Shown piece by piece: positions 25,621 to 38,469 of a stretch of DNA of 64,000 bases. This DNA is from Vicugna vicugna. Taxonomy: Eukaryota. Made by a program: the position numbers and the translations under genes. Numbering within the stretch: the stretch's first letter is position 1; every line of letters starts with the position of its first letter. The stretch spans positions 1,745,308 to 1,809,307 of the forward strand of contig MU061578.1 in NCBI GenBank assembly GCA_013265495.1, written 5' to 3'. The notes below the pieces were generated by a model. It was not told the DNA's origin, did no database searches, and saw only the letters and a list, made by a program, of their open reading frames with translations.

Positions 25621-27109
25621 TTGCCAAGTAAATGGAGAACTCCTGACCACTTCGCTGACACACTGATCTCAGCCACTCCCTATCGCGGATACCCAACCAC
25701 AGCACCACGTATTTGTGGACCACTCACCATGTCCAAACGTCTCTCAAAATAGTTTCCCTTCCTGGGATCTCGGCAACCGAGTAAAGTCAGCAAGCTGGAC
25801 AGACATTATAGTCCCCATTTCACAGATGAGAAGGAGAGGTTCTGTGCTGCCCACAGTCACACGGCCGGAAGGTGGATCAGCAATGAACACAACTGTTCAT
25901 TTCAAGTCACGGTACAAATCTCCATCCCTATCGTCCATTGGCCCGTGCAAGTTTTCCAGCTCCAAATGGCCCCCGACCTCACAGAGAAAGATGGCCTTTC
26001 AAACACCCTTTCCAATAACGCACGCCCAGAATGATGTGTGTCCCGGAATTGTGAATCTCCAGCATCATTTTCTGACCCATCCACGACTTGGCTCAGGATA
26101 GGAACAGGATGAGCTCTTCAAAATTCTATTACCGTGGAGGTGCAAAGTATCAATAATGTGCTTTAATAGGAAAAAAAAAAACCCTCAATTTTCAAAAATA
26201 GTTCAGCAAATGGAGAAAGAAGGAACTGGCCTCCAAATGACCAAATAACCCTAAAGGTATCATGTATTCTTTTCTTGTAGGAAAGAATTTTTTCCCCCAT
26301 TTTGCTGTTAAGCAAATAACGCCACAGCATTAATGATTTCCGTACTGGTCGAAACTTTATGTTCTTTTGGTAGAGCGTGACACTGCGTACACAGCTTCCA
26401 AACATGCCTAAAGTCTCCTGTGGAGGCAGACACCACTCCAGCTTGATTATATGAAGGGGCAATGGCGGTGAAAGGCTGCACATCTCCAGGAGACAGGAGG
26501 CTGCATGGAATGAATGGATGTTGCTTCACTAAAGAGAATCTTAGATGCTGAGAGAAATGCTGTGAAAATTGATCATCTTATGACACTAACAAGCATGGGA
26601 CTGGGTGGTGCCATCTTGGTGCAAAATACATGGTCTTTAGCGTCACCACATTTGGAAAAGTTGAGAGATGCATTCATCGCTGAGCCTGCGTGTTCTGCTG
26701 GGACACGTAGGAGGCATCAGCTGTAAACCAGAGGACCCGGTTTCTCCAGATAATGCTGAATCCTTGGTTCACCTGGGTTTTCACTTTCCTTCACACAGAA
26801 TGCATGCATCTGAGGTGTGGAGAACGTTGGGCACAGAGAGCACACCATCCCTGTGCACTTTCAACTTCAGTCTGAGGAAAGTGGGTTAAAACATTACACT
26901 TTGCAATAAAGGCAGCTGGCCACCCTGGTGTTTTATCTGTTTTATTTATTATAAGCAAATAAACCCTTGTAATGACTGAAGCAACATCAGAGTAGCCCAT
27001 GGGCAAAGGGGCCAGATCCCAAATCAATGACTTCCTCTCCTGCACCAAGAGAGTCTGCCTTTCAGAGGGTCCATCCCTTGGATCCTAGTGTGAGAAGCCA
27101 CTACTGAGG

Positions 27110-27422
27110 TCCATGTCAGCTTTTCCTTCCCTTTCTGGCCACAGGAAACTTGAACTCCAGACCTCCTGTATTGGGTGGCACCATGTCACAAGTCTTGACC
27201 CAAGAGCTTCACTTGCAACCACAGCACAAAGGAAGTGATGCATTCCAGACGATGTAGGCTATGAGAGGGCAGCGTCCCCACAGCCTGAATCCCTAAGTCA
27301 CTATTTGGAGCAGAGCCCTTCACAACCCACCCCCGACATATAAAAACTTGGTCACCTGAAGCTACTGAGATTTGGAAGTCAGTTTGCTACTGCAGTGTAA
27401 CCTAACTTACCATGGCTAATTG
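27110..27422 (+). mobile_element. MaLR LTR (MLT1J-like)
   Basis: CAGCCTGAATCCCTAAGTCACTATTTGGAGCAGAGCC and 3' end AAGCTACTGAGATTTGG...TTTGCTACTGCAGTGTAACCTAACTTACCATGGCTAAT. Confidence 0.7.
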
Positions 27423-28257
27423 ACTCTCTGAATCCAATTCTCCAGAGGATTCATGGCCCAGCCTCAAAAAAATCCTTAGCATGCAATGAAAACCCAGCCA
27501 TTTCTGCTTGTGTGATCGGCTAGCAGACACGGCTAGCAGAGGAGTCTTAATAGCACTGATAAAAATGATAAATATTTCTGTTATAGAGTAGATTGCAAGA
27601 TTTAAAACAAGTTTTATAGTTTAAAAAAAAAAAAGACAAAGATGACCAGGCTCACTGCAAGCCTCTTAATCACTCTGTTACACAAGCATAAATACTTAGC
27701 AGTTAAGTTATGCGTGGTCTTAGGACTCTTCCTATAGAGTTTGCTAGAGGTTATAAAAGGAGGCTAGGACGAGAGAAGAAGTCTGCTCTGGGTCCCTCAG
27801 CCAATCCTTAATTCTCTGCAACCTGAAGGCCAGGCTTTTCTCTTTCAAAGGGAATTATCTAAGGATTAGGTGTTCCAGAAACTTCAGTCTGATTGTCCCC
27901 CTTCAAGGTGCCTTCAGACTCTGCTGGGATCTGCTCTTCTCTGTGGCAGCGTGAAGGTCTTAGAGCAGCTAAGGACTCGAGCTCAGGAAGGAATCTGGGA
28001 AAGGAGACAGGGACCAACCATCCCAGTGCGCCTGGCCGTCTCCCAGTTCTATCACTGAAAGCCCTGTATCCCTGAAAACCTTCACTTCCAAGTAGACCGA
28101 GACCACGGGGCACCATAAAAGGGGGAAGGAGAAGTGGCTAAAAGCCACTCTCTGGCCTGAAATAATGCTGAGCAGAGAATCCACACGTCAGTCCTCTCCC
28201 CAACCCTCTTTCAGAGCCAAGGTGCTTTCGGAGAAAACAGTGGGTTTGCAACAGAAC

Positions 28258-28659
28258 TGTCTTACTTTGCCGGGGCTGCTTTGGTGAAACGCCACAGACT
28301 GGGTGACTTAAACAACAGTAATCTGTTCTCTCAGAGCTCGGGAGGCTGGACATCTGAGATCAGATCAGGGTGCCAGCACGGTTAGGTTTGGGCTCTGGTC
28401 AGGGCTCTCTTCCCGGCTTGCTGACTGCCACCTTCTTCGCTGTGTCCTCACATGGCTGAGGGAGACAGCTCTCTCTCTCCCTTCTTATAAAGTCTTCCTC
28501 TTTTGATAAGGGCACCAATCCTATTGGATTAGAATCCCACCCTTTTGACCTCACTTACTCTCAGTTACCTCCTAAAAGCCCCGTCTCCAAATTCAGTCAC
28601 ACTGGGGCTTAGGGGTTCCACGTTTGAACTGGGGAGGGGACACTGTTCAGTTCAGAGCC
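28258..28659 (-). mobile_element. MaLR solo LTR (MLT1A-like)
   Basis: CCACAGACTGGGTGACTTAAACAACAG, CTGTGTCCTCACATGGC, ATAAGGGCACCAATCCTATTGGATTAG; flanks AGAAC/TGAAC form a 4/5 TSD. Confidence 0.9.
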
Positions 28660-28787
28660 TGAACACAGCCCTCTGCCTCCCTGCCCCTCCAGGGTCCTCT
28701 CTAGTGCACTTAGAGACCCAACAATTAGCAGCCCGTTCAACTCATCACAAACATCTCCAGTAAGACTGGAGGTAGACCAGCAGAAGC

Positions 28788-28806
28788 AAAGCGCCCCCTG
28801 CTGCCT
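28788..28806 (-). promoter_or_regulatory. Candidate CTCF binding site
   Basis: Minus strand GGCAGCAGGGGGCGCTTT versus the core consensus CCASYAGRKGGCRS; one mismatch at the first core position; lies in unique sequence between two repeats. Confidence 0.6.
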
Positions 28807-28861
28807 GTGTTCGTAACACCTGAGCGAGAGGCTTGGTTTTGATAACAGGAGGAAACTGCTG

Positions 28862-29010
28862 TAGTATCTCTCAGATTTTACTGCGCTTACGAATCACCTG
28901 GGTGTCTCGTTAAAATGCAGATTCTGACCCACTGGGTCTGAATCAGGGGCTGTGGTTTTGTATTTCTAACAAGTTCCCGGATAAGGCTGAGGCGTCTGGC
29001 CCTGCACCTG
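28862..29010. mobile_element. MER5A-like hAT transposon
   Basis: GAATCACCTGGGTGTCTCGTTAAAATGCAGATTCTGA and TGTATTTCTAACAAGTTCCC. Confidence 0.8.
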
Positions 29011-30489
29011 TTGTCAAAGGCCTCATGTTCTCAGTCCTTTTCAGGACCCTGGCACTAAGGCCTTTCACACCTGAGCCTCGAACCCATGAATTAAGTAAAT
29101 AAATCAACAAGCAAGCAAATAAACAGACGAAAGTGAGAAGGCAAGGGGGGAACATTTTAAAACGCCAAGTATTAACGCACCTGAACCGTGTCTACGGAAG
29201 CTCTGATAAGCATCCTTCGTACCTCAGCTCACTGCCTCCATCACAATTGCACCTGGCTACAGCCACCCTCTTCCCTCACGTACTTTGGGCTCCAGGATTG
29301 ACATGCAAAGAGAACTGGTTACAGTCTGAGTGGAAAGCAGAAACGCCAGAAAGAAGCAGTAATATTCAATACTGACATTACACATACACCTGCAAATGCT
29401 TTCACTGTAACATATTATTCAAATCACGTTTTTCAAATGTATGGAATCAGTGCATAATTAAGGTGTGTGCATGTGTGCACGTGTCTATGTGTGTACTGTG
29501 CAGACAGTGGGGGAAGGAGGCAGAGGACAGGAAGCCAATACGACTGTATAGGTCAAGGGCAGACGAAAAGCCACTAAGCAGCAAGCAGTACTTAGCTTTT
29601 CTTTGGGTGCTATTTGGAGAAAAAGACTATATTTAATGCTTCAACCATCCTGTGGTAGATATGGACTGAATTCCAATGAAAGTGCATTTAAAAAAAGGAA
29701 GGAAGAAAAGAAAAAAGAACAAGTCTGTTTGTTTTTGTTTGGCTTGGGAAACAATTAGCCTAAATATCCATGTTCACTTCATTTCCTCCTACCGTTGTGA
29801 CACCAAAGGACAAGATTTCACATTTCTGCCGACTTAGCTAATCGAGCTCAGCCACGACCAGCTCTGGGCTGTTAACCTCTTTTGAGTATTTTTTTCTTCT
29901 CATCAGTAAAGTAGGAATAATAGTATCACATAAATACAAAATAGATCCTATAAGCATAATAGATGATCAAGAAATGTCCATTTCCTATTTTAAAAATTTT
30001 ATACTATCTTATATGGTTTAATGTTTTCCATTTTGCAATTACTTCTATACCTTAAAAAATAAATTTAAATGGAGATAATGAAGTTAGATCACTTTTAGCC
30101 ACAGGACATTTAGACCAATGTCTTAAGGAAATTCAGTTTAAAAATCATCTGACTAGTTCCACCTGTCTCTATATTTAAGAACAATGAAGTCACGCTGGAA
30201 ATACTAACAGTTGCTTCTATGGGACAGGAAGTGTGAAGCGGGCGGTAAGTAAACGAAGGCTATAAAGTGGGTAAATAGTGATCATATTTTAGTTAAAAAT
30301 AAATTATGTATCTTGGGCTAAAAGTTGCCTTCCACTAATTATCACAAGGTTTACAAATCCAAATAAAAGGTCATTTCATACCCTTCAAATTAGCGCAGGT
30401 TTAAAAATGATACTAGTCCAATGTCGGTGAGGGCGCTGTCAGGCTGGCAGATGTGAGTTGTGACTATAAGTTGGTAGTCATGTTTATGT

Positions 30490-30860
30490 TGTAAGAAGAA
30501 ATTTCCCTTCTCACCCTTACATGTTCATCCATTCATTTGTATCAGTGTGCACTCAGGTATTCACATTACATTCAATGGACTAAAATCTGTTACTCTTCTC
30601 TTTATTTTGAAACTCAAAGTGTCCCAGATTTGCCCACTGGAAGTCCCTTGTAGCTGGTGTCTGTGTCTTTTTGACAAGCCCCCGTCATTCTTTGGGCAAT
30701 TCCTTTCTTTCTGGCAAAAAATAAAATAAAATAAAATAGAACCCCACAGATTTTCCAGGTTCCCGATTCAAGAACCAGCCTTTTCTCCAATGAGTCCTGG
30801 TTCCTTTCAACGGTATATGGTATTAGGAACCAAGATGTGGGTGCTAGGTCTCAGAAGCAA
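30490..30860 (-). mobile_element. Old L1MC-like 3' UTR fragment
   Basis: GTCCCAGATTTGCCCACTGGAAGTCCCTTGTAGCTGG...TTTTGACAAGCCCCCGTCATTCTTTG is the reverse complement of motifs at ~57390-57470. Confidence 0.75.
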
Positions 30861-31099
30861 ATGCTTTTTTCTACTGCCTTCTCCCACGCCACCGCCCCCT
30901 TTCCATCTTTCTCCTGACCTCGCCCCCCTGGCAAAGGCACAGTCCCTGTTCTGGGGAGTCTCATGGACTCTAGGTCCACTAAACATTTAGATCTATCTAT
31001 ACAAATCAATAACCCTAAATTCATATTGCTATTCCCAATTTGAACCCAATATAACCAGACACTACAGATGATTATTTATTTTTATTTTTTAATCTATAC

Positions 31100-34000
31100 T
31101 CTTTCCTTCTTTTTACTTAACCTTCTTTTCTTTTTCTCGGTTCTTCAAGTGGAAACTTGGATTCTTCACTTTAAATCATTCTGACACTCAAAGCAATGAA
31201 CTGACAGTATTTATAGCTATACCTCCCCTCTGTCCTTTAGCTGCACCCCGTAATTTTTTTTTGCATATCCTGAGGAACTTTAATATCCATAGGTAAAATC
31301 GAAGCCCTGGGATGACTGGATTAAAAGTACATATTTCATTATTATTCATTATATAAGTTTCAGGTGTACACTAGTATAGTTCAACACCTGTGTACACTAT
31401 AGTGATCAACACACAAGTCCAGTCATAATCCATTACCATAGAGATGACCCCCCCTTACCCATTTCACTCACCCTCCCAACCCCCTTTCCCTCTAATGACC
31501 TGTTCTCTGTATCCATGAGTTTACATTTTATTTTGTTTGCTCACTGGTTTTGTGGGCTTTTATTTTTTTGTTTCAGATTCCACATACGGGTGAAATCATA
31601 TAGTATCTGTCATTCTTTGTCTGACTTATTTCACTTAGCATAATACCCTCAAGCTCTGTCTATGTTGTCACAAATGGTAGAATGTCTTTCTTTTTTATGC
31701 CTGAGACCTGAAGCCACAAAATTCCTGGAAGAAAACATAGGCAGTGACCTCACTGACATCCATCTTAGGGATGTTTCTGTGGATCTGATTCCAAAGGCAA
31801 GGGAAACAAAAGCAAAACTAAAGAAATGAGACTATATCAAACTAAAAAGCTTCTGCACAGCAAAGGAAACCATTATCAAACTGAAAAGGCAACCTACTGA
31901 ATGCGAGAAAATATTTGCAAAGTATATATGTGATAAGGAGTTAATATCCAAAATTTATAAAGAATTCGTACAACTCAACAACAAACAATCTAATTAAAAC
32001 ATGGGCAGAGGATCTTACTAGACATTTTTCTACAGATGACCAACAGGCACATGAAAAGATGCTCATCATTAATTATCAGGGAAATGCCAATCAAAACCAC
32101 AGTGAGATAACATCTCTCTCCTGTTAGAACTGCTGTTATTAAAAAGATGAGGAATAACAAACGTTGGAAATGATGTGGAGAAAAGGGAACCCTCATATAC
32201 TGTTGGTGAGACTGTGAGTTGGTGCAGCCACTATGGAAAACGGCATGGAGATTTCTAAAAAAATTAAGACTAGAACTACCATGTGACTCAGCTATTCCAC
32301 TTCTGGGTATTTATTTGAAGAACAAGAAAAGACTAACTTGGAAAGATATATGCAACCCTACATTCACTGCAGCACTATATACAATAGCCAAGATATGGAA
32401 ACAACCTAAGTGTTCAGCAACAAATGGATAAAGAAATGTGGTATATATATATATCATAAATTTTGATACATTGTCTTTCACTGTCATTCAATTCAAAATA
32501 TAATTTCCCCCGTGGTAGCTCCTTTAATCCAAGGGTCATTCAGAAGTGTGCTATTTAATTTCCAAAACTTTGGGAATTTTCTAGATATGTTATTATTACT
32601 GACTCCTAATTTAATGATTGTCAGAAAATATGCTCAATAATATTTCAAAATGTGAAATGGATTAAGATTTGCTTTATGCCCAAGAATGTGAACTATCTTG
32701 GGAGAATATTTCATGTGCACTTGAAAAGTGTGTATATTCTGCAGCTGTTGGGTATACTGTCCTACAAATGTCGTTAGGTCAAGTTGTTAGACAGTGTAGT
32801 TCATGGCATCTACACCTTACTGATACTTTTTGTCTGTTCTGTACATTTTTGTCTCATTTATTTGAAACTCTGTTATGAGTCATGAACAATTATAACTGTT
32901 GTGCATGACTGATGACTTTGTATTTTATGATGACATGTTCCATTCATGTTTGGTAATATAACTTACTTTGACATGTACTGTTTTGCTATTAATATAGCCA
33001 TTCAGGTTCTTCCTGTGCTTGCTATGTTTATTATGTACATTGTTATCTGTCCTATTATTTAATAATACTTGAGTTTTTGTGTTTTGTATTTAAAGTGGGT
33101 CTCTTGTACACAGCATCGAGTTGGCTCTTTTTAAAAAAGCCATTCTGGGAACACTGTTCTTTTAATTTGAGTATTTAGTCTATTTATATTTAGTGTAGTT
33201 ATCGGTACAGTTGAACTTAGTTTACGCTTGCTCTTTACTTCTGTGTGTCCTTTATTTTAGTTGTTGTTCTTCCTCTGTTCCTCTTTTTCGGTTTTCTTTT
33301 GGGTTAACTGATATTTGTACTATTCCATTTTAGTTTCTCCACTACCTTTTAAACTATACATCTTTGTATTGTTTTTAGTATTTGCTCTGGAGATTAAACA
33401 TGTATCCTTAACACAGCATGGTCTACTTATCATGAAATCAAGACTACTTCTTGTCAAGGGCAAAGAGCTTTCAACAATACAGTTTTAACTCTCACCCTTC
33501 ATGTCTACATAAGTCATAACTTGGCCCCCAGTGATATCATTCTTCCTTTGAACAGTTTGTGCATTCTAAAAATTAACAAAAGAAATATTACAGCCTTTGT
33601 ATTTATCCACATATATATCATGGCCAGTGCTCTTCATTCCTGTCTTTAAATAGTTCAATTGGAGGCATTTCCTTTCAGCCTGAAGAGCCTTCTTACATGT
33701 TTCTTACAGTGCAGGCCTAGCGGTGATGAAATGTCTGGTCTTGTCTAAAAATGTCTTTATAGCACCTTCTTCCGTGAAGAATATTTTTGATTAATATAAA
33801 CTTCTGGGTTGGCAGATTTCTTCCTTATTTAATCATTTAAAACCTCATACTATTGTCTTCTTACCTCAATTGTTTCTGATGAGAAGGTGACCATTATCAG
33901 TGCTATGATGCTCCCTATATGTATTCTTTTCTTTTTCTGACTGCTTTGACAATTTTTTAAAATATTTTGCCTTTATCACTGTGACTATGATGTGGATATC

Positions 34001-34540
34001 AAAATCACACTAGGTATGATTTTTTTGTATTTACCCTGCTTGAGATTTCCTGAGCTTCTTGAATTTGTTAACTTTGAAGCATTCCACCAAATTTGGGGAG
34101 ATTTCAACTATTATTTACACATCATCCCACCTCTCTTCTCTCTGGGACTCTAATTCCCTGTAGGCTACACCTCTAGATGCCATCCCACAGGTCACTGGTC
34201 TATTAATATTTTAATCATATTTCTCTGTTCCTCAGACTAAATAATTTATAGTAATCTATATTACATTCACCAATCTATCGTGCTGCCTCCTTCATTCTGC
34301 TATTAAACCCACCCAGGGAAGCTTTTATTTCAAATATTTTATTTTTTATTCTAAAAAATTCACTTTTATATGACTATGCATTCCTTCAAATGCCTATTCA
34401 ATTGTATAACAGCTGTTTTAAAGTCTTTGCTAATTTCAGCATCTTGGACATGACAGGATTAACTTTTTGGCTCATGATTCTGGGTTATATTTTTCTATTT
34501 CTTTTCAAAATCTAATCATTTTATTTATTTTATTTTATTA
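31100..34540 (-). mobile_element. Old L1M fragment (ORF2 endonuclease region to ORF1), split by a younger L1
   Basis: CTTTAGCTGCACCCC | ATAAATTTTGATACATTG is one continuous L1M motif interrupted at 31250/32455; CATGTGCACTTGAAAAG and TTTCCTTTCAGCCTGAAGA are further antisense L1M motifs. Confidence 0.8.
31254..32454 (-). mobile_element. L1 (L1MA9-like) with 5' inversion (twin priming)
   Basis: ~31320-31705 is antisense 3' UTR; 31704-32454 is sense ORF2 C-terminus (ORF 32219-32431: VQPLWKTAWRFLKKLRLELPCDSAIPLLGIY). T-run 31254-31262; degenerate TSD CGTAATTTT / CATAAATTTT. Confidence 0.9.
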
Positions 34541-34904
34541 ACAGAGGACACTAAATCTCTAAAATATAAGGAAAAGACCGAGATAACCATGCAACTGCCA
34601 CAAGGTAGGAAGTCTGTAATAATAGCATAACTACAACTATACTATAAAAATGCATGAATAAAAGACAAAGAAGAAATATAACTTCAAGTTTCTACTTGAC
34701 ACAGGGGACTTTGAATTTTTAAATTCTACTCTGTTGACATTTCCCACCATTTCTATGATAAAACTGCATTAGTTTAATAGTCAGAATATTTGATTTCCCT
34801 TCACAAAAATATCTTGTCTCCATTCCAATTCTCCTGTGATCCTTAGGAAATAATTCATTTCCATATGCTGTCTGGATATCCCTGCATCCTTGGTAGATTT
34901 TTCC

Positions 34905-35110
34905 ATTATAGTGGAATGATCAGAATCTTTTGAGTCAGAAGCCCTTGGCCAGAGTATTGCCTGTACCACTTAACTAACCAAATGGCTGTTGACTGGTCAT
35001 TCAAGTTCCTTGATTCTCCCTTTTCTGTCTTGTACATCAGGTGCAATAATAATATTTATTTGAGAGAAAAACAAGTGTAACAAGAGCAAAACTGGCTGTA
35101 AATAGTAACA
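34905..35110 (+). mobile_element. MIR SINE
   Basis: ATAGTGGAATGATCAGAATCTTTTGAGTCAGAAGCCCTTGG...TACCACTTAACTAAC. Confidence 0.6.
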
Positions 35111-35996
35111 CACTCCAAAGTGTGAGTAAATGTGGGATTTTTAAATGAAGAGTTTCTCATTCCTAACCTGATCGTCCCACTGATGACATATGGGCCATTA
35201 GGCCTCTTTGGGGGGATCTTGGCTGAGCCATTTTAGTTTACAAGCATTTGGCTAACGACCTAATCACAGAGAATTGGCATGGCAGAGCTTTTTTTTTGGT
35301 ACCTATTTGTTTATCCATGAAAGTTACTTTGAAATGTGTCTTAACTACATAGATTCTCCTATTATTCTCTTTTCCTTCGCATAATTTCTCATCCTTTCTG
35401 AATCACAAAAAAAAAAAACCCACAATTTTCCCACTGCTATTTTGGCAGTGAATTTCAGGTTCTTCGAGAGAAGTCAAATTCTTTCTTCCCGCACTCCCAC
35501 CAGTAGACAAGCACCTGTAATTCAGTTCAGTAAATTCTCTTTTATTCACCCACATCGATAATTCCTTTAAAAACAAAATAATTTCCACTCAGAGCCCTTC
35601 ATCCGTTGATCTCAGCACTTTGGAAACTAATTAATCTTCACAATATGCCTGGATCAGCATGCTCCCTTTTGTTTTCAGATGAGCAGACACATACTAGGAA
35701 ACTGAGCAGGTTGTTCAAGGTCAAACGGAGAGTCAATATCTGAGCCCAGCTTGAACTCAGAATCCCCCAGTTTTCAAGGCTGAGGATGGAAACGCACGTC
35801 TGTGGACACATGTGCACCGTTGAAAGCATCTGGTAAGCCCAGCCATGTCTGCCTGCATCTCATGATGTTACATACATTGGTAACACAGAGTGACACTTGT
35901 AGAGTCTTGTAGACAGTTTCCAAAATGAAGTCGTTTCTCAAAATGCTTGCTGAAAACAAGATTCTTTCCCCTACTTTGTCTCTTCCTTCCTTACAT

Positions 35997-36124
35997 AAGG
36001 TGATTCTAATTCCCAGGTTGCCCGGGACAGTTCCAGGTAAGCCAGCTTCCCAGTATAGTTATGAAAATGAGCCCCCTTTCCATTTAACCACGTTCCACTT
36101 AAGACAATGAGCCAACTGGTCCCT
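35997..36124. mobile_element. MER94-like hAT-Blackjack MITE
   Basis: TCCCAGGTTGCCCGGGACAGTTCCAGG and AGCCCCCTTTC; degenerate TIRs AAGGTGA...TGGTCCCT; ~130 bp. Confidence 0.6.
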
Positions 36125-37499
36125 TTGCCCATAAAACACCCAGAGTACTAGCAGAACATGATCAGCCAGGTGAAACGCAGCTACTTCCTTCCCCAAAGCT
36201 GAAACCCACGAAAGAGGACAGGACTGTGTGTCCAAAGAAACAGTGAGCAGAGACTATGTGGGATGGTGAGAAAGCAGGAAAAGATGGAAGGAAACAGATG
36301 ATGGGAGGCTGGCAGACGCAGTGAATTCTGAGAAAGGGGAGATTCTCTGAGACTGAAAGGCAACCCAGAAGGGTGTGGGGCTTTTGGCGGGTCCTCGAGG
36401 ATTTGGATATGTGGAGGTGAGCACCAGAGCATCAACAAAGGCCCCTTGTTCCAGGAGTGGCACAGAATTACCAGAGCCGTCCCATTTCAAATGAACTGTA
36501 AAGTAACACCCACGATGTCCCCATAGTCTAATGGACTTTACCTATATTCCAAGCATCCATAAGCTCCACCAATGAAGGTCTGTACAGTATTTCCAAGCTG
36601 ACAGGGTCTATCCCCAAGCCCCATAGACAGCTACAATGGAATTTCTCCAAACTCCGGTGATTGGATGCGCAGAACCATTTAATTTTACTTAGGAAAATAA
36701 AACGATGTGACATTTTCTGCATCTGCATATGGTAGGCTAAGATCCATACCAACTCCACCAGTCAAAAAGTAAAAAGCAGCTGGCCACAGACTATATCCAC
36801 TGCTAAAACTTTCCAAACATAAATTTCAAAGAAAGTAAAGGTGAGGAAGGCTGCTCAGTTCACTTCAGCGTCCCTGCCTAGTTCTGTCCCGGTCTACTGC
36901 CCACCATCCCTTAGAGACGGAAGACAGGAGCTGCATGCCTGATTTAATGAGCATCTTGAAACAAGCCATTATGAAAGACTTCAGTCCATTGTTCTTTCCT
37001 GGCAGAAGAGGGTGGGTCGGATGGTTTTTCCCTCATCTGGTGTTTCATCTGATAAAAATACGCCCGTGATGCGCAACTTCAATTGTGCATATGGTTTACT
37101 GAACTGTAAGCGATTAATTTATTATCCAATTTTCTTGTCAATTTGAGAGATGTTTTTTTAATCCCCACAAAGGAAGAAGGGAATTTAACATACCATCTAG
37201 TTTCTCAAGGTCCCAATGTGGAGGGCCCTTGAGTATTTATAGAACTCCATCTACTCTGAGTCACTGTCTGTATCCCATTAAGGGGGGCAGTCTTGTAAGT
37301 CCCCAGGGGGACATTCCACACCACTGGGACTGAAGCAAAGGCAATATTACCATATGCCATCAGGACCATATATTTTGACATTTCAGACTGCATAGGATAT
37401 GACGAAATTTAACTTTAACTTTGTATCTTTGTATTTACACAAATGGAAACAGCAATTCTTGCTCCTGAGATCCAGATGAACAATCTAAAATTTGTTACC

Positions 37500-37801
37500 T
37501 CCAGAAACAGACTCACAGACATAGTAAATAAACTTATGGTTACCGGGCGGGGCTGGGGAAGGGGATGGGAAGGGATAAATTGGGAGTTCGAGATTTGCAA
37601 ATATTAACCATCATATATAAAACAGATAAAAAACCAACTTTCTTCTGTATAGCACAGGAAACTATATTCAATATCTTGTAGTAACTCACAATGAAAAAAA
37701 TATGAAAATGAATATACATATATATATGACTGAAATATTATGCTGTACACCAGAAATTGACACATTGTAACTGACTACACTTCTATTTTAAAAAAGGAAA
37801 A
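37500..37801 (+). mobile_element. Young, short 5'-truncated L1 3' UTR with perfect 13 bp TSD
   Basis: AAAATTTGTTACC at 37487-37499 and 37802-37814; L1 3' UTR body; A-rich tail. Confidence 0.96.
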
Positions 37802-38469
37802 AAAATTTGTTACCCCTTAGTTTCTTAGTGAAATTACATTATTATTATCAAACTATAGGATTTGATGTAATTAAGATACTCTGTTCCAGAAAACAATTAC
37901 CTAGAAGTACTATGTAACTATACTTCTTACAACGCATGCTTATTTGAAATTCAATAAAAACAAAACAAGACTCAGGAACTTCTTTTAAGTTAAAACACTC
38001 GCAAAACATCTTAAACACAGCTTCACCAGCAAAAGGCTGCTCTGGTCCACAAATTTAGAAAACAGTCCTTTCAAAGACAACAGTTTGGAGAATGCCTAGC
38101 CTAGCTTCCCACTCAAGACATAGGACAGAATCACTCTGGGCATAATTTTCCTTGGCAACAGTATAAAATATTGAAGAAGGATTACTTCCTTATCACTTCC
38201 TCTTCTTATAAACCAGGAATCTGAGCTCCTTCTCCATTTAGAAAAGTCCTACTGATGCTTCAAAAATTTTACAGCCTCTGAGCAACATCCCGTGACTTCC
38301 CCTGAAAGAATTATTTGCTCTCCTCAGCGCTGCCACATTTGGTACATGTGTTTATGAGAGAACATTGTAATGAGCACAATATACATATTTGTTTTTCCTC
38401 ACTTTAGTGTGAGCACCTGGAAGACTGGAGAGGTAGCCTATTTGTTACTGGAAAAAAAAAACAAACCTA

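Noticed and set aside
32219..32431. ORFs resembling L1 ORF2 C-terminus (also 41757-41966, 49180-49404, 56115-56393)
   Set aside because: Fragments of truncated, mutated L1 copies, not functional CDS.
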